The notes: a model not told the origin generated them from the sequence alone. Positions 39,197 through 51,910 are shown, counted from the whole stretch's first letter. The stretch: DNA of 61,731 nt, filler included, from Hausera hauseri (GCA_046269625.1; 11 parts of 11 records of this genome joined end to end with filler, not necessarily neighbours in it); one strand, 5' to 3'. Made by a program: numbers and translations.

Positions 39197-40555
39197 TCAT
39201 GTTATTAATGCAACACAAATTATTGTGCATATTATTATTATCTCCAACCTTGAATGTGTATATCTTGTTTGCGAAGGCATTAGGGTTGTCGACTGACTAA
39301 CAGTCGCCTTTTTAAATGTTAGTTTTATCTCTACTTCACTTTTCGTCTGAGCTGTTAAAACTTTGGTAGAAACTATCTTATCGGCATCGTCAAATAGTTG
39401 CAAAATAATCGTGTATCTGGTATTTGGAGTCAACGTTGCACATGGAACTATTATATCATCTGGTGTTATGGTTCTTTTTGCCATTATTGTATCTCGTATT
39501 CTACACGTGAACTTTATTTTTGAAAAATCGAGATCTGGTTTTAAAGATATTATTAGCGCCGTCGGAGCGGTTGTGGCCGTTACATTGTCCCATACGGAAC
39601 GCTTTACTTGGTAATATGACACGTAAGGCCTAATTAAAACAGTCATTTCCCTTTCACCACTTTTTCTATTTAGTGAGGGCCGCATAGTTGGCACCGTTAC
39701 GTTTGTTCCTTTTTCTTCCTGTTCGATTCGATTTTGATATCGCATGTACATTGTTGGACCTTTCCTCTTTAAACAACTTAGAAACTTTCCATATTCCTTT
39801 CGAAATATTATATAGTTTAATTCGTATATTCTACCTCTAGTAACGTTGCAACAAACTTTTGTTGGTTCGACAGTTATTCTATATCTCGTTACTATATTCT
39901 CTCGAGTATTCATTTCTTTTATAAATATGGCTATCCATCGTATGTATTCTAAATCTATCCTACTTCTTACTTCGATGCAACTTCTTCCATTTTTAAATCC
40001 AACTGATCTAGCCAATAACTGGTTTAAAATTATTTCTTCTAACAATGTCTCATTCATTTCGTGTCTAGTGGGAACTTTTATAACTTTGGCAAGTTTGGTA
40101 AATTGACTTTGATAATAACTTCCTTTCTTCTTTCTGAGTGTGAGATACACATAGTGGATTCCTGAATTTTCCATAACACATTGTGTTTCCTTTATCTATG
40201 AATGGAGTAAACAATTATACTTTCGTTCGTTAGGATTCCTCTGGTATCATCGTAGGGTATTAACTGTATTCCTATCATATATTTGGTAGTCATCGGTTTT
40301 AAAGTATGCCAAATGATGCATTTTTTGACCATTGCTTGAATATGTTACTCGGCATCGTAAACTTTTTAATAACAAATCTTCGTCTATGGCTCTTGCGTGC
40401 CGAATTTTTGCTCGTTCTATGTCCTGTTTTGTCGCCTGACTTAAAACTGATGGGATTAGCATGAAAAAAATAATTATTACAACATATTTCCTTATTCCGT
40501 AAAATTCTCGTGTTCGTTTGGTTTCTGGTACTTTTTCGCAAATGCTTTTCACCAA
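39197..40555 (-). CDS. Accessory type-I membrane protein (signal/TM, FN3-like repeats, TM) in the env position, with internal stops near 40200-40250
   Basis: N-terminal hydrophobic YVVIIIFFMLIPSVLS. FN3-like NVTATTAPTALIISLKP...CATLTPNTRYTIILQLF...VLTAQTK. Ser/Thr stalk, then C-terminal TM LEIIIICTIICVALIT. Confidence 0.65.
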
Positions 40556-40999
40556 GTCTTGTTCATCTTTTCTAAGCTTACTTACTTTGGTTGCCGGTTT
40601 TCATCTATTAACATGGACCTTGAGAGAGACGTTATTTTTCTTTAAACAGATATTCGGTAAGTCCACCCTTTCTACTTTGTATGGTCCTTTATACAGTCCG
40701 TCTAATTTTGATGTTTTACCCTTTTTACTTAGTGGAGTGTATAACATCATTCTGTCTCCTACATTGATTTTTGATAGCTTTGTCTTTTCGTCGTAATATT
40801 TCTTATATTTCGGCTTATAACTCTTTTGATTGTCTTCTATTACTTTATATGTCAGTCGGAAACATTCTTGCATTAGTTGTTTATACTCTTCTATTTCCAN
40901 NNNNNNNNNNNNNNNNNNNNNNNNNNNNNNNNNNNNNNNNNNNTTAATTAATTAANNNNNNNNNNNNNNNNNNNNNNNNNNNNNNNNNNNNNNNNNNNN

Positions 41000-42594
41000 A
41001 TACTTAATTTATTAATACCCAACATTCGTCTTACACATTCAATTTCTACTTCACAGACATTATTAAATCCTTTTAAATATCGAATTTGCTTAACTTTTAA
41101 TACATTAAGTTCTTCATTTATAGGCACTTTTCTAAGTTCATTTATCGCCTTAATTATTTTATCAAAACAGTGACTACATTTGTATCTTTGAAAAATGTCA
41201 ATAAATCGTCTAACCTTCAACCGTCTTTCTATTTCATTCTCCTCTTCTACTATATTTTCATTTAGGCCAAAACTTCCTATCTTTAAAGTTTGTTTCAGAA
41301 ACTTTTCTAACTTAACTTTATTTATCTCAGTACTAATTGTATTTATTTTATTTCTATATTCTCCTTAACTAATTTTGTATCTTTCACAATTTCATGATTC
41401 AGTAAGGCTACCATTTTTAATAATTTTTCTGGATCCTTTGACTTCTCTAATCTTTTTCCTAAATCATGTTCATCTTCGGATCCTTCCGAATCTACATTAT
41501 CTTCTTCTCTAATCATTAAATACTGTTTTTCGAATATGCTCACATCGTCAGAAACTTCTAGGATATTAACATCTATGCTCTTTACATTATCATAATTTTA
41601 TTCCTAATTTATCTGGCATACTTGCCTTTCCATTTATATGTATGTCGTCTATCTCATTAGTTTCTAAACATTCATTATCAATTTTTATTCCAATCAAATT
41701 CTCCAATTCATTACTTATTTCTATATTTTCGACCTTCTTCTTCTCAACCTTTCGGGGTACGTTTAGAATATCAAACTTCTTAATGTTCAATTCTTCCATC
41801 AATTCATTGTCGTCCATCCTTTCGCCCTATTTACTATAATTCCCAGAATCCGGTTCTTTATCCGTTACTACATCCAAATTCGTATTTGATTCTATATCAA
41901 TCAAAGAACTTTCAACATTATTTTCACTATCCAAGATTACCGTGCTTAGATCGGATTCAATGATCACATTTTCATCGCTTCCACTACTAGAATCGGTGGA
42001 CGGTGCCCTTAAATAGTTTTCACTCAATTCATTTGCAATATAGATACACTCATGTTCCAACAAACTTTCAACATCCTTTACTTTTGACGCTTTGGTCAAA
42101 TTTATTTCGACCGCATTTAATTCAGCACTTAGTTCCTTTCCGTCTTGACAATACCAATTCCTACAACTGGCTCCTTGTAAGCAATCGCCATATTTACTTA
42201 TAAACTTCTTCTCTTCATTTTCCCAAAATTTGAATATTTCATTATCATCATCGTCATCCTGATTAATTTCTTCTAAACAACCATAATCACACATCATTTG
42301 TTTAATAGTCTTCGTCTGTTCTGGATACTCTATTTTCTTACAATAACTGTCATTCTTAGGTTTTTCTTTTAATTTCTTATTCTTTGCTCCCAACATATTA
42401 GCTTGATTCCCATGTAATACTTTTAACCTATTCATTTGGGTGCGCATCTCATCCCTTTCGGCTCTCAATTGTTTCAGTTTAAATTCTACGTTCACACTAT
42501 TTAAATTCTGACAGTTTTCAACATTGCTCTCATAATTTCCTATTTGATTCCATGCATTTTCATAACACTCATAATTTTCAGTTTTCCGAATCAT
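41000..42594 (-). pseudogene. Long coiled-coil/acidic coding region in the -1 frame after gag; no protease motif before the contig end
   Basis: ORFs 41827-42594, 41590-41817, 41343-41543 and 41000-41220 are separated by stops and are very E/D/N/K-rich. Confidence 0.55.
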
Positions 42595-43920
42595 TCAATT
42601 GGGTCTCGAAATCCTGGTTATTTTGCATGAGGGTTAGTTTATTATTGGTCGACAACAATGGGCATTTCTTCCAAACATGTCCGATTTGATTACAGTGATA
42701 GCAAAATCTATTTTCGTTTATTATACTTACCTGAGTTGAACAGTTTCAAGCTACATGTTCCCATTGTGCACAAACATTGAACTGCTTAGGTTGTTGAATA
42801 TAAGTTGGCATTAATACCGGGATCCTTTTAACTTCTTGGCAGGACTTGGCAATATGTCCAAATTTCTTGCACTGGTTGCACTGGATTGATCTTCTGTAGT
42901 TGACTTTGTCCCTTTCTAACGCCATTGCCTGTTGCTGCGTAACTAGTGATCTAAGGGGATATCGTTTTTGCTGTTCTGGAGGAGTAACCCATTGTGTTTT
43001 GTTCAAATTTGCTCCAGCAACCATGTTTTTAATAGGAGTACCCATTCTTTGTGGTTGTAAATTTGCTCTTATACGTGATTTTACGGTATTTGGGTCAATA
43101 TTGGAAAACAATTTTTGAATAAAGTTTTGGTTAGTGCCAACATTCCAACGAGGCGGACCCCAACGCGGTATCAAAGGAACTTGCCAACCGGCCTGTCCAT
43201 ATGACCACGATGGAGTTCGCCAAGGCTGATTAAATCGCCTAAAATTTTGATTTTGATTTTGAGGTCTAAAGTTACTACTTGAAATTTGATTATTATTAAT
43301 TGAGTTTTGATTAATTTGATTTAATTTGTTTTCTACGTTTTCAAAATTTATAGCTTTTCTTATTAGCTCACTCAGGGTAGAAACGTCACTTTCGATCAAT
43401 TGTCTCTGTAGCTTGGGGCTATTAAGTTCAATGATAAAAGAATCTATCAAAATTGGTTCCATTGCAAAAACCTTAGATGCACCTTTATCATCTTTGGCAG
43501 TATCATCCTTCTCCAATGCTTTCTTATAACGTTTTCCAAGTAATTGAAGGGCGAAAGCAAATTTATTAACAGATTCTCCTGGTATTTGGACTCTAGATCG
43601 TAGACTTCTTAGTTTTGCATTTGAGGATGGATCGGGATCCAGGTTTCTTCTAAGTACATCGACAAATTTATCCCAATTCATTTTCTCCTTTTCCTCAATT
43701 TGCAGATAAGCTTGTAAAGCAATTCCTTCCAAATGTGCAACTAAACGTTTAATTTTCTCCTTATCATTCCATTCTAATCCGTCTGCTTGTGCCGCGTATA
43801 CTAACATAAAATCATCAAATTCCGTGGTTTCCCCGGAGTAACGTCCTAAATTTAGGTTTACAAATGTGGACGTTCTCCGTACTTGCGAATATTTAAACTC
43901 TTCTGTAGGGGTGATAGCAC
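42578..43920 (-). CDS. Gypsy Gag with three CCHC zinc knuckles (middle one broken by a stop at 42746)
   Basis: Retrotrans_gag-like W...K..L..HLEGIAL..Y...R.Q.PGESV..F...L. Knuckles CNQCKKFGHIAKSC, (F)NVCAQWEHVA*NC and CYHCNQIGHVWKKC. The frame ends at G GAA AAC TGA (42578-42587). Confidence 0.88.
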
Positions 43921-44028
43921 TATTTTCAGTAACCTTTCTTATAATATTTTCACTTACGACTACCTTTTCGTCAAGTGACCTCTTCGACTTATTAGCCAGA
44001 CCAGAGAAATTTTAAATTCGAAAATCGT

Positions 44029-44046
44029 GTCCTGGCGTGGTCGCCA
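44029..44046 (-). promoter_or_regulatory. Primer-binding site, tRNA-Arg-like
   Basis: Minus strand TGGCGACCACGCCAGGAC lies a few nt after an LTR-like ..AACA end. Its complement ends GTGGTCG-CCA, like eukaryotic tRNA-Arg(TCG). Confidence 0.75.
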
Positions 44047-44051
44047 AATTT

Positions 44052-45106
44052 TGTTATGTTTCGTTAACTCTTATAGCTAAGTACTTTCGTAATGCGCGAA
44101 CTATCTTCCCAGTTCAACTTATTCTCTGCCTAATAAAAATACTAATAAATTAACTAATGCAAGTTTAATAAATTCCTTTTCAGTCTAAGCCTATTTATGG
44201 ATTAGGATACACCAATTCACTTAACCTCCAGTAGTTCAAAAATTTAAAACAAAATCACTATAAACAGATCGTCCTATCCACGTCTACTCAAATTTTATTT
44301 ATCCTTGCTTAATTTTAATACGATTAAATCAATACTTAGGCTATATGTCTCCTCTAATTTTAAAGTAAAGATGTTCTTAAATAAATCCGTCAACAGCACC
44401 GCTTCCTAGCCTTTTCACTCCACAACCGACGAACGAGCCGATATATATGCAAAAACAACAAAGAAAAACACAGGGTCTTTCAACAATTTTGGTCAACTTT
44501 ATTTTACCAAGCAGATATGATTTAATATCAGACAACCAAATAGGTGCAGCGACCCACTGGGTATTCTACACCCTATTTAGTACAATCAACTTTATTTCTC
44601 AAACAGTCAATTTTTGGCTCTTCGAAACTAACCTTTAAAAAAAATTATTTAACAACCAAAAATGGAATTACGACAATTAAAACTTGATTAAAAAATTATC
44701 AAAAAGAAACTAATAACTTTACCCACTTGTGAATTTTATTAAACTGGTTCTAAAGCGTTATCAGATTGCATTCATTAACAACCAAGAAACATATTTGTTG
44801 ACATCGTTCGTTTTTGATTTTATGATAGTGATGATTTATATACATACCTGATAAAAAAAATCCACAAAAAGAATTCAATTTGCATTCATGCGAAGAATGC
44901 AATCTTCTCAAAAATAAGATAATAGACAACGACAGTGTACATGAGAGTGTATTGTACAAACAAAATAAAAGATGACTCTACGAAGAAAAATTAATTAATT
45001 TTCAGTGAGGAGCAGATGCTCAACGTTCCCACACGACAGATTATATTTTATCAATCTGCAACGCAAGGGGGGGCCAAAGATATCGTCTTCCACTGACGTA
45101 ATCACA
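44052..45106 (-). repeat. Putative 5' LTR (about 1.05 kb)
   Basis: Minus strand begins TGTGAT and ends AACA just before the PBS, with an internal TATA-like ATATATAT at about 44445. The outer boundary is inferred, with no second LTR to confirm it. Confidence 0.55.
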
Positions 45107-45107
45107 A

Positions 45108-45809
45108 TTAAGGAGAATCGAGAGTAATTAAATCAGTCCATAATGAAAAATCACTGTCTTCCGTTAACTGCTTTGGTCGCTGGGCCTTGCCTGCTGAACT
45201 GTGATACGTACTGAGCGGGAGGGAAGTCATATCCACACTGTCGGCATCCGTTGGTACACGATGATGTACGGATCGAGACTCTAAAGGTGGATTTTTCAAA
45301 AATGAAAAATGGGACCAGGAGCAATGTGGTATGTGTGTAGATAACTTGTTAGGAAGTTTCGTTGGTATTTTAGGCAAATTCCGTGGACGCCATGGTTGAA
45401 GAAGGTAGTTAAATTGGCGTCTTTCTTTATATCCATCATGGGCAATGAGAATCATATACTCGGCATTCATTTTTCCTGGTATAAAATATTCGATGGACTT
45501 GTACAGTGTAGAAAAGGATTGAAATCCGTTTTTACTATAATTAAGATCGATATATTCTAGAATTATTGTTGGAGGAAGATGTAAAAGGTTGAGAAAGAAT
45601 TGTGGGTCAAAAGTTACCAAGATTCTGCCAAATATTGCTCGTTGAATATGTGCTCGACAGAGAACGAAATCCGGCGCTAAATCTAGGTCTTCTAGAGATA
45701 TATCGTGATTGTGTTTATCGACATTATCAATTTTCTCACGTGGACGTAGTAATGTTTTATACCTTATGTTAAAAGTTTCATTAGGATCAACGGAAAGGTC
45801 GGCTAGGTA
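45108..45809 (-). CDS. Hypothetical host ORF/exon next to the LTR insertion
   Basis: The frame appears open from the contig edge to 45108. No family recognised. Confidence 0.3.
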   Translation of the reverse strand, partial: YLADLSVDPNETFNIRYKTLLRPREKIDNVDKHNHDISLEDLDLAPDFVLCRAHIQRAIFGRILVTFDPQFFLNLLHLPPTIILEYIDLNYSKNGFQSFSTLYKSIEYFIPGKMNAEYMILIAHDGYKERRQFNYLLQPWRPRNLPKIPTKLPNKLSTHIPHCSWSHFSFLKNPPLESRSVHHRVPTDADSVDMTSLPLSTYHSSAGKAQRPKQLTEDSDFSLWTDLITLDSP

Positions 45810-46959
45810 NNNNNNNNNNNNNNNNNNNNNNNNNNNNNNNNNNNNNNNNNNNNTTAATTAATTAANNNNNNNNNNNNNNNNNNNNNNNNNNNNNNNNNNN
45901 NNNNNNNNNTTTGAATAAAACGAATGAACTGATAATGAATCACTGGATGTCAGTCGCTATAATAATGAGTTCGCCTCGTCGATGGTATGTAATAATAATT
46001 TTATCGTCCATTTTCACTGAGACCTGCCGAATTGGAAATGGATAAATCGTAATCATCTTGATACTGGCAGTATTCGTTATACATGACTTTGCACAAGAAT
46101 AATTGAAAAACCAATACAGCAAAACGATAAAAATGCAGAACAAAGGAGGAGGTCGGGCCCATGAATGGTCATGTTTAAGCATAGCAATGATACGATGATT
46201 ATGAGTTTTGGCATCTCCAATACTTACAACGTGAATAACATGTTTTGAATCTTGAATATGTTGGAGTTCATGAGAAATATATGGAATAGAAAAACGAGGT
46301 TTTGTCATTTTCATAGGCAAAATTTGAAATTCGAGACTTAATCTTATTGGTCTTGTTTATTTCTGCTGCCATTTAAACTTTGAATGCCTTTTGAAAACAT
46401 ACACCGATGACGAATTGCCTGGTCAAATTCAGTGTTTTCTCTGAGTGAAGAATACTAACTGGACACGGCTTGACTGCATACCAACCATTGTCATTTGGTG
46501 AGGGCACGAGTTGTATCCACGACCGTGGCACCACAGAGAGTTTGCGTAATAATAACGCTAGTACTATAACATTATTGGTCCGTTTTCTTAATAGGATTTT
46601 TGATACTAAAAATTTTTAATTCGCCGAAAACGCCAAGATTTATTGATATAAACAAATTATTTTATTTATTTTCTTTTTTGGATTTTCTAATTCGGTACAT
46701 CCGTTTTTCTCAGCGTAAACGAACTGGCTTCATGTTCCTGGTAGAACGATGAGGACATGTTTTCAGCTGTACCCCTTCTTCTTGATTGATCGCTTCTCTG
46801 TTCTGCTTCCGTTGTTAACTGAAAGTTTCCAGATTTTTTTTGTTCGCCCCGGTAAGTTCTCCATCCAGTCTTCCACTAGATAGTCAGAATTTTCTTCATT
46901 CGTTCTGGGCCTTAAGTGATACTTGTTTACAATTTATGTTGACCCGTTTTCCAAAGTGA

Positions 46960-47437
46960 CATCAGATGTTCCGTTGACACTTTCTTTTGAATTGTGACTA
47001 GATTCTCCAATTTCGTATTATTTTCACGACGCATCCACATCCAATCACCTGTCAAACCGCTTTGTTCTTTTTCTGGGTCTTCCATATCTTGCTTTGGATT
47101 TGGTTGAACCAGTCTATTTGTGCCTTTTGACCCATGAAACTACAGAGCTATGAGAAATATTTAATAATTTAACAATTTCCCTTGTTGATTTAGAAGAACG
47201 TTCCTATAACGCAATGATCTGCCCTTTAATAACGCCATCGAGTTGTTTCTTTTTAGCCATCAGTAGGGAAACAAATTTATTAAAACTGTTAAAAACTAAC
47301 TACCTGATGGATGAAGTTTGCATCTAACTGAAATGTTCAACGCCGGGGGTTTGACAAATTGCTGTTATTAAAATAGCTGTCCGTATGCGCTAAAAATAGA
47401 AAAATATTAAGTGAGTGTAAACTTTTGAGCGACATTG
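46960..47437 (-). mobile_element. Tc1-like transposon 5' end (TIR + transposase N-terminal HTH), truncated
   Basis: TA + CAATGTCGCTCAAAAGTTTACACTC terminus. ATG at 47260 gives MAKKKQLDGVIKGQIIAL*...STREIVKLLNISHSSVVSWVKR..TGS...GRPRKRT. Confidence 0.8.
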
Positions 47438-48899
47438 TAATTTGTTGTAGTTCTCGCACATCTTTTCGTATCTTTCAAGTTCTTGAGATGTGACAAGTCT
47501 CTGATATTGCTTACTAATTTTAGGTGGTTTAGTTATGCTCTTAAAAGAAGTATGCACAATATCAAGTGCTGATTTAATGAAACCTCGAATAAAACGAAGG
47601 GGACGAATAAAATGAAAATAAAGGAAAAGTAAAACGAGAAACATTTATTGATCGAGGTATTTCCGCCTTGCTCGTCCATTAATTCGTATGAGTCGTCGGA
47701 ACTCGAGTGAACGAGCCTCTGTCGTGCAGGCTCCCACCGGCATCTGCGGGAGCAACCAGGGACTAACCCGCTTTCGTTGATCCCAGCATCTGGAAGAGTC
47801 GATCGATCGCCGTCATTATCCCCAGGAAAATCCAGAGGAAGAGAGAAATCGAACAACCTGCGCTCGCCTCCATCCTGGTAGTAGGCTTCGAGACGCGCTC
47901 TCACCGTATGAATCTCCCCACCGGCAGGTTCGTGAGATACCGTACGAATCAGTTTTGATTCGGGAGCTCCCGTACAGTACAAAAATCCGAGTAGGATTGG
48001 TACGGTTGGGACCGTCGGTCAACTAGTCGTTGCCATCTCCGCGGCCCTGCGTCTTGTTGGTTGGAACGTCGGTCGCTGTTTGTGGCGAGCTCATCGGGTG
48101 ACCCGTCGATCAGGACGTATGTTTCTTCTAGCGTGGGCTGGTTGGGATACCTTTGGGATTTCGTACACTAGAGTTATATAGCCATTTTCCCTGGCGATCG
48201 GTTCACTAGTTCAGGCTTTCCCCGCCGATGACTTAGGCGTTACTGCCGCGTCTTGCTCCCGGGGATTGACTCATCGGGTCTCGTAGTCGCTGGTATCCCC
48301 AGAAGAGCTACGTTTCCTTGAGCCTGGTTAGCATTATTCGAATTAACGGCATGATAGTCCTTGGGTTCTGGTATCTTTCGTTGCTTTTTCGAATCGTGAG
48401 TCATTTTAGAAGTTGATTGCGATTATTTCAATTTCATTTAGTTCGACTTGTCCACAATTATATTTTTGACTAATTTTTTTGGCTTTCTCTAACGCTATTT
48501 ATACGTTTCAAGTATGTTACGCAATACTCCTGCTTGTGTCATCAAAAGTTGTTAGTTAGGTAATTTTTCATGACATAGCTACGTAGTTACTATGTGGATA
48601 AATGCTGTTGTCCAGCTGGAGATATAGCAACTATATAAGATTTTAATGAGTTATGTAACTTTTTCGTAATGTCATTATACTCCTTTTTGTTATTTTTGTT
48701 GTAGGGCAATTTTTGTCAAGTAATTTTATAATTTTGTTACTTGTACCTTTGGATTTTTTAAAATTTATATCTGTAAAGCAAAGCTTTGCACTACTGTTAT
48801 CTTGTTCCTCATTTCTCTTCTGAAAATTAGTTTGAAATATGTTTGTCCAGTAGATTCGCATGTTGCACTTCTCATTGCTCCAGTTAATATCGGTTTTAT

Positions 48900-50043
48900 C
48901 TCAATTATTTAGTTGTCTTTGATGGTTTTTCTTAGTCTCTGTATAAGTATCCTGTGTATTCTTTCCAATGTTCCGTTACCCTGTAGTTAATATAAGGATG
49001 AAAATGAATGAGTCATAGCGTATCGTTCTAAAAGACTCCGGATCTCTTTTAATCGGAAACAAGATCCATTGTCTAATATGATTCTTTCAGGTGTTCTCTC
49101 AAACCTTATGCCACTTTACTTCCAAACGCGGTTCGTAGTATTATTGTAGTTGGATACTTGGTAAATAAATCAATGGCAGTTAAAGTTACCTGTCCGTTAA
49201 ATAATATTGATGGCCCAACTATGTCAATTGCCATGACTTCTGGTTTTTCCACTGAATTTGAAATTGATTTCTTGTTACTTCGAAAACCCTGGTCAGCATT
49301 TCTTTGACGTATATTACAACAATGTACAAATAACGCGATATCTTGAAACATTTTTGACCAGAACACCATTTTTCGTAATACCGATTTCATTTTTGTAACG
49401 CCCACGTGCATAAAATGTGCTTATTCTAATACGTTTCTTCGTTGATCCTTTGGAATCACTAATAAATCTCCTTTTAGTATTAGGAATCCATATTCTGTCG
49501 ACTGATAACTTAATTGTTTCCAAATTTAGTCAAATCCCGAAAATTTTGATATTTTCCCTCTGTTTCTGAATACACGAATAAATTGTATCATGTCTTTATC
49601 TCTGGCAGTGCTGGATGCTGTCAAATTAAAATGAATTACATGACTAGTTAAATTAAAAACAAATTCGTTAACGTTATCCATATAATTCACACTTTCCGCA
49701 TCTCAATGTGAGACAAAGCATCTCCAAGAATATTTTGTTTTCCTAGAATGTATTTCCACTCTGAGTCTAAAGACGTCATTGCTAAAAATACTATCTTTAA
49801 TCTGGAAGAAATTTCGTGTGGAGGTTTTTTCCAAAGCACTAATAATGGCTGATGATCTGTCTGCATTGAGTTTTGAACCAAGTATAAAATATTGAAATCT
49901 CTTCATGGTATACAGAACGCCTAATGCTTCTTTTTCTATTTGCAAATAATATCGTTTGGTTTCTGACAATTTCCTATACGCAAACAGTCCTGGTCTTTCA
50001 TCGTGCAATAATACCCCTCCTAATCTATATGGCGAAGCATCTG
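48900..50043 (-). mobile_element. Gypsy pol fragment (RNase H + integrase), decayed
   Basis: DASPY.LG..L, YRKLSET..Y.QIEKEALGV, TDHQPL, QNILGDALS, HVGVTKMK..LR..VFW..M..DI, AIDIVGP, IDLFTKYP. Confidence 0.88.
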
Positions 50044-50143
50044 NNNNNNNNNNNNNNNNNNNNNNNNNNNNNNNNNNNNNNNNNNNNTTAATTAATTAAN
50101 NNNNNNNNNNNNNNNNNNNNNNNNNNNNNNNNNNNNNNNNNNN

Positions 50144-51275
50144 ATCTAATGATTCTGAAGTTCAAAAATTCATGGAAGAGTTTGAATCAGTAAAGCAAAT
50201 TTATTGTAAAGATGACATTTTAATACTGATGAAACAAGCTTATTCATCAAATCCCCAAATAACATATCTTATATCCAAAAAATGACAGATTGAATATGAA
50301 GGGAATTTCTCAAATCTAGACTAGAATGACAATTTTATTGACTGTAAATGTAAATGGCGATTTTTTAAATACATTAATAGTTGGAACATCAAAAAGTCCC
50401 AGGGCGCTGAAAAACAAGTCTTTGGAATCGATGAACATTTGCTATACGGCAAATAAATCTGCCTGGATCACAAAGGAAAACTTTTTTTCATATTTTCAAA
50501 ACATTAATGAACAAATGAAACAATCAGGGAGAAAAATATGCATCATTTTAGACAATTTTTCAGGACATAAAATTAGTGATTTCACACATGTTAGATTTCT
50601 ATTTTTACCTGAAATTCAACTAATCTTTTACAACCTCTTGATATGGGAATTATTAAGTCATTTAAGGATAAATATTATAATTTTCTTAAAACGGATTTAT
50701 TAAATAGGCAAGGACTTTTGGATATGAATTATTCTAGTTTAATTAGGAAAATAAATATTTATGAGGTTATTATATGGGTATCTCAATCAATCAGACAAAT
50801 TTCACCAGACACAGTTTACAATTGTTGGGTTAAAGCCAAGTTAGTGGATGGGGACAAAATAATGGAAAGTATTAATGAAGACTTACAAAATGGAGAAGAG
50901 GAATCAATTTCTAATGAGATAGAAGAAGTACAAGGAGAAGAACAAGAAGTACAAGGAGAAGAACAAGAGGAGGTACAAGGAGATCAAATTATTGAATTAG
51001 AAGAAATAAAAACTGAACACAAAGATGCAATAATGAAATTAAATGAGCTTGAGGCTATATTACTAGAACATGATCATGATTCTTATGCAGAACTGATAAA
51101 TCTCAAGCAACGAGTAATTTCTAGATTTTTATCTAAGCAAAAAAGAACACTTTGTACAGATTTTTTATTCCAAAATAAATGTATAGTTTTGTGTTGGTTT
51201 TGTAAAATTTTATCGCACCTTTAAGAGTTATCGCACCTTTTGTTAAAAAAGGTGCGATAAGTTCGCATCCCACTG
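50144..51275 (+). mobile_element. pogo/Tigger DNA transposon 3' half (DDE_1), decayed
   Basis: NTDET, RMTILL..N..G, Y.ANKSAWIT, IILDNFSGH, QPLDMGIIKSFK, TV.NCW.KA. Right terminus ..GTTCGCATCCCACTG + TA at 51275 with TATCGCACC subterminal repeats. Internal 21-bp EVQGEEQ repeat at about 50920-50985. Confidence 0.9.
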
Positions 51276-51678
51276 TATTGAATATTGGTTTCCAATCCTG
51301 GGGGGGGCTTTGTACCAATGTGCTCACATCTATCTACTCTCTGATCGCAACATTTTCAAATTTTAAAATTTTAGCAGGTGTGTACTTTTTGTACCGCTAT
51401 GTAAAATTCCATTGAATTCCAATTTTCGGACAGAAATTTGAATTTATCTACTCGGGAAAACCCATAAAATTATCAGAATAATTTTTCTATACTTTTGTTT
51501 TATTCAATAAAAGTAATGTTCATAAATTCTGTGAAACTGATATATTGTCGATAAATTGCTCCGATTATCATTCAAAAGTTAAAACCCAATCTAAAAAAAT
51601 GTTACCATTTCACAATTATTGGTCAATCATCAACCAATGAATTTCAAGTAACAATATAGATTTTCAAATGTTTTACAG

Positions 51679-51910
51679 ACTTCAAAATGTCATTCTAACA
51701 GTCAACCGATGGAACAATTGAGTCATGATGCTTACCCCATATGTGTAGCGTGTCAAGAACTGATAACATATTCTCATTTGTTGAAAGTAGATAACAGTTA
51801 TTGGTATGAGGACTGCCTTCGGTGTAGTTGCTGCAGTTGTCGACTCGATGAAGTCGGATCAACTCTACATACAAGAGCGAATTTACTATTTTCTAAACGT
51901 GATTATCTAG
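51679..51910 (+). CDS. LIM-domain-only (LMO/rhombotin-like) exon with substituted zinc ligands
   Basis: CVACQELI..HLLKV...WYEDCLRCSCCSCRLDEVGSTLHTRANLLFSKRDYL ~ LMO1/3 LIM1. Acceptor ttttacag| and donor AG|gtatgt. Confidence 0.8.

Larger units (their letters stand above)
36701..40899 (-). mobile_element. 3' part of a Gypsy element: integrase C-terminus, accessory ORFs and 3' noncoding region
   Basis: Integrase GPY/F module YKKYYD..INVGDRMMLY..KLDGLYKGPYKV..VHVNR (40601-40873), followed directly by accessory ORFs on the same strand. Confidence 0.85.

Noticed and set aside
36701-45106. One continuous Gypsy provirus spanning contigs 7 and 8 (LTR-gag ... integrase-accessory, same strand)
   Set aside because: A synthetic linker at 40900-40999 separates them and protease/RT/RNase H are missing, so continuity cannot be supported.
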